Source: Negaprion brevirostris
Lineage: Eukaryota
Assembly: GCA_030324005.1 (NCBI GenBank)
Contig: JARDVH010000149.1
Coordinates: forward strand, 18,536,955 to 18,600,954
Length of the DNA stretch: 64,000 nucleotides
Reading direction: 5' to 3'
Position numbers and translations under genes: made by a program. How positions within the stretch are numbered: the stretch's first letter is position 1; each line of letters begins with the position of its first letter. This document shows positions 22,971 through 36,500 of this stretch, piece by piece. Under the pieces are notes generated by a model that was not told where the DNA came from, made no database searches, and saw only the letters and a program-made list of their open reading frames with translations.

Positions 22971-24972
22971 AGCAGCTGTTCAAGCAGTTAATTTGTATAT
23001 ATAAAAGACTGAAAGAAAATTATGCATGTGTGTGACTTTTTTTTTAAATTTTTCTATCAGTATAACAAAAAAATCAGAGCAAACGTTAAGTGCCTCATTA
23101 AACCAGATGTTGCATAGCCAACATCTGAAATGAGAAAATAGCATTATTTCTCCTGTCTGGAAAAAAATCTGTAAACCAACCAATGGTGAGCTTTCCATTT
23201 GTTGTAATAACTTTTTTTAAATAGCATTTTCTGTAGAGCCATCCCTACTCAGTTGTAACAAAACATGAATGCATTTACATACTAATGAGCCTCTAATTAA
23301 GTTTTTTTCATTGAGACTTTTAAAATACATTGGACATTAGTACCACTAGGGGCTTTTTGTCAAATGCTTTAAAAATACTTTTTAAATTATTTGACAATTT
23401 CCGATTTGGGAATTTATCTTAATGGTTAGTAAATCATAATTATGTTTAATTGCCCTTTTTACAATGGAAACAGTAGGGAGCTCTAATTAATATGTCACTA
23501 GTATTTAGTTTCTCATTTTTATGGAAATATTTGTATATTTAAAAATATAACCCGCAGAATATTCCTGCTCATGTATAAACTGAACTTAAGTTATAGTCTA
23601 CCACATACCATAAGTAAACTAAGTCAGACCAATGGGAAATAGTAGAGATGGGTGATGTTGAAGACTTTTGGCCCAGTCATTGACTTGTCCCAAAAGATCA
23701 TCTCATGTTGTCCCACCACCCATGCTATAATGTTATTATTGTTTGCTGTTTGTTGGCAATATATTTATTTGATCTTTACACCAGTGGTTTAAATAATGGC
23801 ATTTTTCTTCAACTTCATGGGCATTTTTGGTCAATGACTTTGCCTTCCTTTTGTTTAGTTTAAGTTATTTCTTTATTTTCTGCAGAAAATATTTTCTCAT
23901 GCCAGTTTCAAGTTTTAAAATTTATATAAACTACAAAAAATCCCCATTCCTGTTGCAGAAGGTTATACACACATGCTTTTAGTATGTTGGACTGGATTGT
24001 GGCTCAAAAATCACTAGCAACTCAAAAGATTATTTAACATTGTCATCAATGTTAAGACTTCAGACTTGTCGACATCTTTCACTTTCTTGTTATCCAAATT
24101 CCCAACGTGATGCCATGCTTAAATGGATATGCATTGGAATTGGTGCTCTGGTATCGCAGCCTTAACTTCAATTCATAATTAATTCCTTCTGATTAGGAGC
24201 ACAGAATTGGTGAAGTTTGTTTACAGTGCAGATTTTCACTTCCAGGGTGAAGTCATCCAAGGAGCATTGAGAGTACTTTGTCACACAACTATTAGCACAT
24301 TCATACATACAATCAAACTGGTTTAAGAAAACTATCCCTTAAATCTTTTGACCTTTGCCTTTTAGGTTTTAGGGCAGGTACTCCAGTGGAACAGTCATGA
24401 AGGTAGCCAATGCTATGAATTTTCTATGAGAGACAACGGCTGCTGGGAACATCTGTTTTATATTAACCATGTGTACTTTCCTCACTCCTCTGTTGAGGAC
24501 TGAAATTTTGAGTATGTGAGGTTTTGAGGGCAATTTAACTACTCCCTGAACCTACACTTCCACTATAGGCTTTGGAGCTTCAGTTGGCTTATCTGCCAGC
24601 GATGACCTTGAAACTGATCATTCCAGTATCACTTAAGAGGAAATTCACTCCTGACAGTGTATCTGATCAATAAAGCCTGTGATGAATATTCAGTACATGA
24701 AGCATGTTAATATTTTAGTGGTAATGTTTCATTCTGATAAAATTGTTGTGAAGTTAAGATAACTAAAATGCTGGAAGTTGGAGATTGTCAGAACACGTGA
24801 AACAAAAAGACAGTTCAGAAGTTTATCTGTGTTTGTTTAATGGAATCAGAATTGAAGAGATGAAGTCATAAATCAGCTGATGGGCTTACTTAGCTGGAGA
24901 ACTGGAGACCTGATATCTACACAGCTTGCAAAGAGTGCAGACCAGAGAGATGTTTTGGGAATTAGTATCATA

Positions 24973-25596
24973 GGACTTGATTTTACTATCAGGTTGTGCC
25001 CTTTTTCGTGCGCGAAAACTTTGTAAAGTTGGGTGTGAGGTAAGTAGTGCAATCCATGTCCACTTCCATACCAGTTTCCATTTTACCAAGGCCCAAAAAT
25101 GACTGACCGGGGCCTTGTCCAAAATGAGCACAACAGCCATTTAAATGCATTTGATTGAATTTAATTAGCTTCACGCCCAACTTTACCGACACTTCCCCCT
25201 TTACCACAGTGTTCGCCCATCCAGAATCAGCATGAAACAGACATGCTCCATAAAAGTCCAATTCGGCACTCCAGTTAGTGAGGAGAAAAGGGGGTGGGGC
25301 AATGTCTGTGGGAGCCAGGGGAGACATTAACCAGGCTGGGAGGAATGTGGCAGGGGTGTCACATTCTATCTATCATTTTTCTGCGATGCGCAGTTGGAGG
25401 CGCTGATTGGATCTGCAGGGTTTCAGGAGTATTGAGCCCCGCCCTTAGGCTTCTGCAGCACGATCCAGATTTGCTGATATTTTTTCAGGCAGAGTGCGTA
25501 TGTGAGCACCTGAGAATGGGTCTAAAAGTCGGATCTGAAACGCTCCCAGTTTCAAGTCCGCCCAGCACTTAAGAGTCAAAATGGTAAAATAGGGCC
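24973..25596. mobile_element. GC-rich non-autonomous DNA transposon (MITE-like)
   Basis: Imperfect terminal inverted repeats ggacttgattttacta / tggtaaaatagggcc. GC/CpG content is clearly above the flanks. No transposase ORF. Confidence 0.55.
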
Positions 25597-25599
25597 AAT

Positions 25600-26370
25600 A
25601 GAGTCATGGAGGTTAAATTGGGTTAAAAGAATTCCGTGAACTCTGAATGACTGTGGTCGTGCAGCTGAGTGGAGCTAAAGAAGGTTCTCTGATTTCAGTT
25701 TATCTGTGCACTTGTTGGGAGAGGGAGTTGGTGGTAATCTGAAGCTTGTGTTGTTTGCATCTCTCAAAGAAACCGTGGAAGATGAGAAGGTAGCCAGGAG
25801 ACTGGAGTTTGGAGAAACCCAGGGGCAGTATCTGAAGCCAAGAGTTTGCAAAAGAGTTGGAATTGTGCCGGTAATTAGAGCTGGGAGCATCTCTGTGAAT
25901 TTCTTGGAATTTTGGTGACAGGAGGAAATTGAACCATTGGGAAACGAGTACATGTTGAAGTTGTGTAAGTCACTGTGGCTTTTAAGGAGGTACAGAGGCT
26001 AGACATTTGAAATAGAGGAGATGAAACCTCTCGTGAGGCTGACCAGTTTTAATAAGATCTTGTGACACACTGGTCACTGATATATGTGTGGGTCGCAAAG
26101 AAACCTGTGGGATCTGTCTTGGTTGCATCTACCATTTAATGTTTAGTGTGTGTTTGACTGAAGTTTTCCTGCTAATTCATATTGACTTTGTTAATTGAAT
26201 GTTACAGTACAAGATAGATACTATAAATTATTTTACTTTTCTGACTAGAGTAAATGTTATTTTGTTTAAAACCGTGGGATCTTGTAACTTTGTTCGCTGT
26301 TGGGTAACTGAGATTTTGAACTTTTGTCAACTTTAAACAAAAGGTTACTATCCCTCACCAAACCAAGTAT
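25600..26370 (+). mobile_element. Possible LTR-like remnant (continues from ~24680-24970, split by the MITE)
   Basis: Purine-rich body followed by a T-rich 3' part ending ttttgtttaaaaccgtgggatcttg. Composition-based impression only. Confidence 0.3.
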
Positions 26371-26572
26371 CATTCAACTGATTTAGCACTGTATTAAACT
26401 GATTTCAAACAGGCCAAATCTTTCCATATTTCAGTTGGGAGTGTAGAACCCATAACTCATCCATTTCAGTGATCCCTGAGATAGAGTTACTGATACTTTG
26501 TGGGACAAATTGTTTCAAAAGGCAGAAAAATCTGCAGGCCAGGCACTCATGCGATCTGTGGCAGGCAATGTG

Positions 26573-27245
26573 ACAGCAACTTATATTTATATAACATCTT
26601 TAACATAATAAAACAGAGCAAGTTTAAAACAAATATGGCACCAAGCCTCGTATGGCAATATTAAGCCAAAAGTTTAGCCAAAGAGGTAGGTTTCAAGGGA
26701 TTTATTACAAAAGGAGCATGAGAGAGAGTGGAGTAAGGGGAGTATTCCTGAACTATGGCCAAGGTAACTGAAGATGCAGCCATCAATGGAGCAATAAAAC
26801 TGAGTACACCAGAATTTGATCTACCTGGTCCAGGATTAACTAGCTATGGAAACACAAACATCTGCCTTGGTGCACCACTAGGTGCAGGAAGAGAATTTTA
26901 AAATCAAGACATTGCTTACCAAAAGCTAATACTGGTCAGCAAGCACAGCTGACGACGGAATGGAAATTGGTGCGAATTAAGGCACAGATAACAGCATTTT
27001 AAATCGCCTCAAGTTTATGGACAGTAGGATTTGGGAGACCAGCCAGAAGTGGATTAGAAAAGCCAAGTCTTGAGATAATAAAGGTACCACTGAGGGTTTC
27101 AACAACAAATGAGCTGAGACAGTTGTGAAGTTGGGCAGTGTTATGGAAGTGAAAATAGGCATACTCAGTAGCCTCAGACAATTGCTAGGGAGGGGGATGG
27201 AGTCAGTGGCTAAGGAACAGTGTTTGGAATGGGGACCAAAACATT
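26573..27245 (-). mobile_element. L2 LINE 3' fragment
   Basis: Minus ORF AYFHFHNTAQLHNCLSSFVVETLSGTFIISRLGFSNPLLAGLPNPTVHKLEAI matches the L2 ORF2 C-terminal motif (AYFHLRNIARLRP.LS...AETLIHAFVTSRLDYSN.LLAGLP). L2-type tail gcaacttatatttatataacatcttt. Confidence 0.85.
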
Positions 27246-28228
27246 CCTTTGCATGCTTTTCAGTCCTATCCCTCAGCATGCATTATCACATGTCATTCTT
27301 CACCAAACACCAATATTGTTATTAAAGGATAATCCCAGGGTTTGTTACACCGCTAGTTACTTCTAGTTGTATATTTCTCTGTGGTTGGAGTTGCATGGGG
27401 ACATGTGTGCTTTAAGGTCTAGTGCCTATTAGGGGTCACGAAAGTAGATTTTATAAGTTTGTGCAGCTTTTTGAGCCATTACAAGTTTTTTACCTGAAAA
27501 ACAATTATGTTTATGACGTTTATATCAGCTTGGAGAGGAAATGTTTTATGCAACCACGGCTGGTCATCACCGCATTACATGCTAGTGACAGTCACCTCAT
27601 CATAAGCTCTAATGCAATGCCAAATTTCACTGGCTCAGCTCATGGATTTTTATTGTTTTAACATCCTTTGTAGAATTATGAATATCCTGGTTAGCAGATT
27701 GCTTTGTATGCTTCTGATGAGGACAAATTCATTGACCATTTTATTTGACTGGTTACTACAATGTAACCTGATCTCAAATGACTAACCTTACAGTAGAAAT
27801 TCTGACCTTTGCAAATGATTCATTCCTTTAAGTCGCTGCCAAAAAAACATTATTTTTAATACAGCCTCTCTACATGCATATAGAGAATTATTTGTGATAA
27901 CAAAACTTGCAGTAGAAGGAGTGTGTTGCAGGGATGTTTAAAGTATTCCTCTCCCAGAAATGGATGTTTGAATATTTTACTGAAGGATCAAAACTAAGCT
28001 GTGCCAGGTTAGTGACTGGAATAATGATGCTATCAGTACTGCATTTTGTTTTGTTTACATCTTTTTCTGCAACAATAATTTTTGCTCTCTTATTTCCTAT
28101 AACTAGAAAATCACATCACTTGCCACTGNNNNNNNNNNNNNNNNNNNNNNNNNNNNNNNNNNNNNNNNNNNNNNNNNNNNNNNNNNNNNNNNNNNNNNNN
28201 NNNNNNNNNNNNNNNNNNNNNNNNNNNN

Positions 28229-28465
28229 CCACAAATAGATACAGAGAGACAGAGAGAAACCGATACAGAGACATACAGACAGATCCACAAATAGATACAG
28301 AGAGACAGAGAGAAACCGATACAGAGACATACAGACAGATCCACAAATAGATACAGAGAGAGAGAGAGAAACCGATACAGAGACATACAGACAGATCCAC
28401 AAATAGATACAGAGAGAGAGAGAGAAACAGATACACAGAGCAATACACAGAGACAGAGAGAGAGA
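28229..28465. repeat. 56-bp minisatellite built from AGAC/AGAT/AG units, abutting a 100-N gap
   Basis: Unit ccacaaatagatacagagagacagagagaaaccgatacagagacatacagacagat starts at 28229, 28285, 28341 and 28397 (last copy partial). Confidence 0.92.
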
Positions 28466-29199
28466 CAATTTGTAATTTACGCGGTTTGTAACCAAATATT
28501 GCTGGTTTTAATAAGTGAACGCTGCTGGCTGTGTTTTGAAATGAGGATGAAAGTGGACACTAAAGCTCTATTTCTATTTTTTTGCCTATTTGGTGAAGGT
28601 CCTATTTTGAACTTGCCTGGACAGGCTAAAAGTGAAATGGGTCTCGTTTAACACTTACTCGCTGAATCCGCGCAACTTCCATGTGTCAGAATGTGTGAAC
28701 TCCTTACATCCCCTCTTCTAGTGAATGTGAGCAGTTGGCAGGCAGAATTGTCGTTCAGCTCCAGGGAGAGGGATAACCTGGCTCTCGGACAGTGGTTCGG
28801 GCGGCGGAGGTACAGAGAATGAGCGGTGCCTCAGAATCACATCACCCTCCTTTCCCTTCTTTCTCCAAGAAATGTGTTGCCCCTCATGGCCTCAGGCCCC
28901 CTTCAATCCCTCAGACACAGCAAAGGAAATTGGAGCGTGACTCTGGCATTATCCAGCATTTTCTGTTTTTATTACAAATAGAATATTATTGAGGTATCAT
29001 CGCTCGAAACTAACTAGGGAAAGTTAATTTAAATTTCAACATGATAGGAAGCATGAGCAGCTGGTAGGTTCACTCCTCAATTAGTGATTAGATTTGACCT
29101 GTGCTGAGAAACGGCACGGATACAAAAAAACAGAATTTAAAAAAACTATCCCTTGGAGATGAGAAATAGGGCATGTTAAAAAGCAACTGCGGGAGGAGT

Positions 29200-29720
29200 T
29201 TGTAAATTTGGGTACATTGATGTACAGCATAGAGTCAAACTGATTAGTGTGACATATAACAATAACTATTATAGCTGCTTCAATATACGTGCAATGTAGA
29301 CAAATCACACAGGCAAAACATTAGCCTGGAACATGAGTTAATGGAATGCATTCAGGATAAGTTCATTGAACAGAAGTCTCAAACCAGTCAGGCAGCAGCC
29401 TATTCTGACCAGTAAATAGACAGAATTGGTTAAGTACTTAATGGTGAAAGACTCTCTACGCAAAGCCAATCATAACATGATCACATTTCAAATCATGTGT
29501 TATGTGGCTTCTCAGACTCGTGTTTTGACCCTGAGAAAAAATGATAATGTAAAGAATTGGAAAGCGGTCAAGCGAAAGCTAAGTTGAGGTTAAAATAAAA
29601 TGATGGAGATCCTGTGGCAGACTTTGAAGGAGATGTTTAAAAAGTTCCATCAATCATGTGTCACAATGTGAAAGAGAAACTCCTGAGAAGTCTGTGTCAA
29701 ACATGTCAATGAATATCAAA
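29200..29720 (+). mobile_element. Highly degenerate CR1 ORF2 endonuclease/linker fragment
   Basis: ggataagttcattgaacag..gcctattctgac..aatcataacatgatcacatttcaaatc resembles D.FL.Q....PTR..AILD...SDHNMI.F.I. Confidence 0.45.
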
Positions 29721-32700
29721 TTCAGAATAAGGTTTATTATGTAAACCGAATTGTGTTTAATCATCTTCCAGAACAAATATTTAAAAAGACTTTGTTCATT
29801 CCTGCACCAGATAATGTAAATCATGTCAAACATATCATTACATTATCTTGAGGTGGCATGAATTGAAAATGATTTAGTGTCTCGTTCTTTTCTGCCAGGA
29901 AGTTTGCCAAGCATTTTTCCAACAAAATGTATCCATTTTCAGCAATTTTAAAGCACCCTTTGAGTCAGGGTTGCTCCATTTTATTTTCTGTCTTATTTAT
30001 TTGACTATAATTTAATAGTTGTGATGCTTTACTCCTGGGGCAAAGATCCAAGGTTAGTGCAGTAATCTTTTGCTGCCACTAGATGTCTTGATTTTGTTTT
30101 TTAAGGAGTAGACTTTAGCCACATCTAAAGGCAGACTTTTTCTTTAGCAAATTTTATTATTATCACTATGGTTGTGACCAATTTTAATTCCAGACTTATG
30201 CATTGAAACTTGATCTTAACATGTCAATAATTGAAAAGTATTTTGATTTTACAACAGTAGTTCTCTTAGAAGTTGAATTTTTTTTTCTGCACAGAATGGT
30301 GGATTTTAACAGATTGTGCATAGTTGAATTGTTTAAAACCTTGTGTATTGAGGTTTACACTCTTGTGTAGACACATTGACACAAGGAGATTAACAGAAGC
30401 TTTAAGGTACTGAGCAATTTGTGATTGAAAATGCAGCTTTCAATAGGTATTTTCTGTAAAATTTGCGTCTAGAGTTAATGTTTCATTGTTGAACATGCAT
30501 TTGTTCAAAACCTTAAAGAAAATTCTCTAATGTGGAGTTCATAACATGATCTTTGGTTGGCTTTACTATTTTTAACGCCATATTTAATTTTATATATGCA
30601 TCTTGAAAAGTAAACAATTTATCTCCTCGGAAATGGGCAAGTATCACTATGATGCCTGGACTTTCTTCTCAGTAGTGAAGGGCTGGTACTTCCCTCGCTG
30701 TCAACTGCTGACAAAAGTTTTACTAGTCTTGCTCTAATCTAGCATCTAAACCAGCATCGCGCCTTCTACAGAGAATCGGTAGTATCTATAAACAGGGTGA
30801 GTTTTTTAGCCAATCTAGTTGATCCTGATATGATACATGCAGAGTCTATTTTAAATTTGTTTCAAATCTAAAATTTGAGTAAATATAAGGAAAGGCAAAT
30901 GGGATTGAGAGAGAGAAAATCTTAATGTTGGCTAACTTCAGAGGGATTGAGACCCCAATTCTCCTATAAAATTAATTCCCAGTGCCAGGGCAATTACTTG
31001 ACAGTACTTAACACTTGTCACTTATTACTTATCGTTAGAAATTCACTTGGCCGTGGATGTGCCAGTCCAAACTTCCCCATTCATCTCATGTGAAACACTC
31101 CTTAGTTCCTGGCATTGCATTTATTTCACTGTTGAAGGTATAGGAAGGACTGTAACAACACATTCTGTGAGGGAGCACATATCACTGATAGAAACTTTCA
31201 GGTTTCCACATTTAAGTGTGCTTGTGTAAAAGCCAGAAATTGCTGACTGATTTACACCATTATAATGATGAACACTATTAATCTCAGCATTATTATCTAC
31301 GCACAATCTGCCACTTGTAGCAAAGAATTAGCAGTCAATAAATATTGTGCTACATTAAGCAGTTTTGTTTCATTTTATTAAATCAGCATATCAAAAACTA
31401 AATTGGAGTGTTCATGAAAGCAATTTTAGTTTACTATTTGGGTTTTTTATGTGCAATGAAGAACAACGCTTATTGTGTAAATTCTACAATTAAAATTAAA
31501 TCTGTTGTATCTGGCCAGTTATTTTAGAACCTTCCCACATTTAGTGCTTTTAGAAACTGATTAGACTTATGTTTTGAGGAGCTGGATGTAGAAGTTTTTG
31601 AGTAAATAAGATTTTTTTAATAAACTGGGGCATGTTGTAGTTACTGATTTTTTGACACCTATAAACCTGTTGACACTATGTGGGGAATGTTCTGGTTTAT
31701 TAATTTTTATACTTTAAATTCAGTGGTGCAGGGACAGATCGATTATTATTGCAGGCAGTGAAGTTGGAGGATCGTCCCTAAAATGTTGCCCATTAGTCAC
31801 AAGTCCAGTATACTTTTGGGATAAATTTATTTCCAGATAATTTTTCTCTTGCCTTCCTTCCTTTCCCTCCTTCAACATCCATGTTTGGAGATTTGTAACT
31901 GTAATCTGGATTGGTTTCAATATCTCTCTTTCTGTTTAGTAGTTCCCCTGACAGGCAAGCTCAGGAACCTGCCACGTGGGCAATTGAAAATGTTAATTGT
32001 TCTATGCTAATTGGTAGCCTGATCTAGCAATGTTCCTGTACCACTATGTTGCTGTTTATGGTGTCAAAACAGTCTAAATTACAAACTTGTGGAGTAGGTA
32101 CTTTTAAACTACTCCCTGTGGGTCACATACAACCCAAGGCCTGCTAATCTATCCTAAGCAACTCCATCTGCCCGTTATGTATTTACATTTCTTATTCACA
32201 GGTTTATTTGCCTTGAATTTTCCGCAGGCTGTTCTGAACACTTTTTCCAAAATGATGGATAAATCCTAAATCATAATACCAAATCTAATCCTAAACCTAA
32301 TAGTATCAGCAGTCTGTGATATATCCAGAGTAATGGAAGCAGAAATATATATATATATATAACCTCCTGAAGTTCCCCATACAACTACTTGGTTCATGAT
32401 GAGGAAAAAAAACAGTTCTAGCAGAGAAGCAAAACACTGTGGCTGTGAGAATTCTGAAATAAAACCAGAAAATACTGGAAATACTCAGTGGGATAGTATC
32501 CAACAAACTGTGCCACTATCGCGTCATGTGCATAAGATGATTTACATGATATGGGTTACAGTACCATTGAGTTCTCAGCCTATTTGTTTTTTTTACAGTA
32601 ATATCTGAATATTACAAAGCTGGTGTTACATCGCTCAATGCATAAACCCATATTGGAGTTACAATTATTTTAAAGAATGAAAGAGCAGCAACGGTGCAAT

Positions 32701-33402
32701 ATTGTGCTTACACTACTGCATTTTTGATCTGGTAATTTTTTATAGGAGTAATTTAAAAATCACATGCATTGTTTTAATGTTTTCACAGCACTAGATTATA
32801 TTATCATAAGCTATTTGATTGGAATGGGTGTTGGATTAAATATATATTTAAAAATTTGACTCTACATGAAAAGACAAAATTAAAAAGCTTTTCTTTTGTA
32901 GTGCGTATTAACAAACCTCCTAAAGCTATAGCATTAAGAAAGGTCATGTAGCAGATTATTAACATATTACATTAGTCTGAAGCAGTAAATGTCTGTGTAA
33001 ATCTACCACAAACATTAAATACTTTATTCTCCTGTAATGGCCATGTACCAAGTGCAGTCTGGTTTCTTTTCTTCTCTCACCACCAATGCTACCCCTACCC
33101 CCAACCCACCTCAAAGAACAGAAAAGAATTGACAGAGGACCTAACTAACCAAATGATTGATTTTGCACTTTGTCCATTGTGATAGGATGGGGAATCAAAT
33201 TATATTAAAAAGGGTTCTGTTGCCTTTGTGCTGAGTTTTGCCTGAATGATGTTGAAATGACATGCGGAGGCTGTCGCCATCATGCAATTTCCTTCTGTTC
33301 TGCTGATGGGACATTAATATCACCATCTGTTTCTTTGTCAAGCTGCATCCGTAGTAAAACTCTGTTCATCTGTTTGACTCCTGTCCTTTGTTTGCCTTGC
33401 AG

Positions 33403-33500
33403 GCCATGCAGTATTCAAGCTCACCTATCTAAGTAATCACGACCACAAACATCTCTACTTTGAAGCAGACACCAACACAGTCAATGAAATTGTGCTGAAG
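33403..33500 (+). CDS. MAPKAP1: MAPKAP1/SIN1 penultimate coding exon (98 nt, phase 1-0)
   Basis: Pyrimidine tract cctttgtttgccttgcAG; donor AAG|GTgagt at 33501. Translates [33 protein letters not shown] (human [33 protein letters not shown]). Confidence 0.96.
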
Positions 33501-36500
33501 GTGAGTCTCCGAGCACATGTTTCACAAACTGGTCAGCAAAGAAAAGATGGTTCCTAATGACAGCATGGCAATAAATTCTGTACGTAGGATTATAATGTAG
33601 GTTGATTGTAATGAGCTCAGAGATGATTTGTGATTTGCTGAAGTATGTGACATCATTACTGCATTTCAACAGTAAAAGTCATTCCACTGTACCTTTGTAA
33701 GTGTTTCAATTTTCACCTTACAGAAATAGTAAACACCTTAGCAATGAAAGTGAATTTAAGCAGTTCTTTCGTAAGTCATCTTCACACAAGTGATGCATTG
33801 TTTCAGATCAGCTGAATACTCCTGTTCAACTGATTTGAAACAAATAAGCACTTACAAAGTTAAGCATGTTTATTTTTGTTGTAGTGCCCCACACACTGAT
33901 GCTAATGGTTGTGTTAAACTGCTTTTGCAAAGTATACCGCTCTTTCACATTTGCAGTTGACCAGTCTCGCGAGCAGCTGCAAACAGGAATTTTGTGCATG
34001 TTCAACTCTGCAGAACATGTGAGCAAAGAATTGACAGCATAGCATTGAGCGCTCGATAAACCCTCAAAACAGAAGCAAGACAATATTTCTTTCTGTAAAA
34101 CCATTGGCAGAAAGATTAAAATCTGTAGCAACAGATTTGTGTAAGCTTTCCAGTCACTTTAGATTACATATTTGATACAACATAAAATTAAAGTAAATTA
34201 GCTACTTGAACTGAGCTAGAGTGCTAATTAAAGATGCCTCTTTTTTTAAGTTGAAAGTGATGTCACGACTAGGATGCATATTTTGAGACTGATGAGCACA
34301 TTTACTGGATGTCAAAGCTATTTGGCAGCTGGGAAAATCTATTTTTTTAAACAAAAAATATGCCTAGTCACTGACTAGCAAATCCAGTGAACTGCAAGCA
34401 ACCCCATCCATTGAAAGCTAGTGGGAGATAAAAACAGCTTTATTTAACCTGGTGAACAGTGGTTTTAATATTTTTCATCCAGGTGAAACCAATCTTGTGA
34501 GAATTGATTAAATGTATTTTAACTACTTTTTTAAAAAGGACTCATATTTGCTGACAGTGAACGTCATGACGTTGTTACTGGAACCTAGAATATTATGTTT
34601 GACTGAAATAACTCTATGGTTATTGTGGTTTTGATTTTTAGCCACAGTTAATTTTCTGTACTATTTTGGCTATGTTTAGGCACATATACAGCTCATATTG
34701 CATTTGATTTTAAGAAGAATTTACAGATTCACTGAAGCACTTCAGTTGCAATTAAAATGCCAACAATACAGTNNNNNNNNNNNNNNNNNNNNNNNNNNNN
34801 NNNNNNNNNNNNNNNNNNNNNNNNNNNNNNNNNNNNNNNNNNNNNNNNNNNNNNNNNNNNNNNNNNNNNNNNTGCTTCCCAAAGTGCTTTGACTTGTAAT
34901 GAAAATCTTCTGTTGTAAAAACAGTAACATTGAAACGGATGTGATATTGAATTCAAATTGCATTTAAGTTGAATGGGTATTTTATTTTAATGGCAAAAAT
35001 CTACAATTCTGTGGAGAGAGAGAGAATGAGGGATAATGAATTTTTTTTTGTATTTAGTTCTTCAATAAGCTCAAACAATTTTGAAGAGTGTGTTTTAAAG
35101 GCAAAAAAAAGAATGGTTGATTGTCAGTTTGTTTAAATATTTATTTCTGTTATGTTATTGTAAACTCTTACATTTCTTTTCCCCAAAATATTCTGTTATA
35201 TCACTAAAGTCATGTCACCTTTTCCACAATTCTTATAAAACTTTTTTTTAATATTGTGGAATTGAACCATTGACTGTACGATCATCACATTTTCATGGCT
35301 GCCAGGAGTTCAGTTTTTAATTCTTCAGTGAATATTAACTTGACAAAGTGTAGTGGCACATATCCAGTATGGTGGGTAACATTAATATAAAGTGAACTGT
35401 AACATTTAGAGTTCAGTAGGAAACTTCTAATGAATTTTAAGTATGTTCCACAAAGAAATGTTTGTTTTTAATTCAGCTGCCTCAACAACAGCTAAATATA
35501 ACCTTCAGTGAAAATGAGATGCAGCGGCTACGCAAGGGATTAAAGGATTACCTGAAAGGTCAAAATTAATATTAGTGTAGGCAGCTAGACTAAGAAGTAT
35601 TTATAGTCTTAATTGTCGTAATCAAGATGCACCCAAAGATTTATGTAAATAATATAAATGTGATGCAGTTTCATTAACCTAAAGTTGGTATAAATCTATT
35701 GAGATGTCACTTATATTCAGGCATATTGCAGCTTACTTAAGTTTAACTAGGGATATATTTAAGCATAGATTTTTGGCTTTGAAACCGAAACCACACAAAA
35801 CAGCAAAATTTAATTGATATTTGAGATTGGTTGTTCAAAATCCCAACCAAGAAAAGCTATGTCACCTGAGCAAAGATAGAATAAAATATATGAGAATTAA
35901 TTGAGAGAAACATTTATGGGCTGGACTGGGAACTATTAACCCAAAGCATCTCTAGCTTTATGAATTATTGTTTTGTGCTAATTCAGGGTTTTCCAGTCAG
36001 TCTGGACAAGATTTATGAACAAATTTTTGCATCTGCCATTTATGATTTTGGACAGCAGTTTAGTTTGTACAGAGTCCAAAAAGGGGTTGAGATCTGGGTC
36101 AATTCCTGTTGTGCTTATAATGTACTTTGATATTGGACCTCAAGTCACTGGTCCTCAATCCTTTGTTTTCAGCAGTGGGGAATCATTCTTCAAGTATTTT
36201 TTCAAACTATAAATATAGAAACTCTTCCTTCCTTTGACATGCATCCTTTTCATAACTGGAGGAAGAATTTCAGGGTTTTCCTTTCTTCATTATTCAGTTG
36301 CTTTTTTTGCATTCTCATTCCTGAAGATTCCGCACCATCATCCAGAATCTTCCTGTGTTATCCCCAAGCAGTGATTGATACCATTCAGCTGCAGGGAATA
36401 TCGCAGCCAAGTGTCTATTCTTATCCAGTTTCCACATGCATGTATTCCAGGATGGGTCACTGGATACTAATCCGAAATGGGAACCCTGGTCAATTCTTTC

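Noticed and set aside
28229-28465. Regularly spaced repeats as a CRISPR-like array
   Set aside because: Units are directly tandem with no unique spacers, low complexity, in a vertebrate context.
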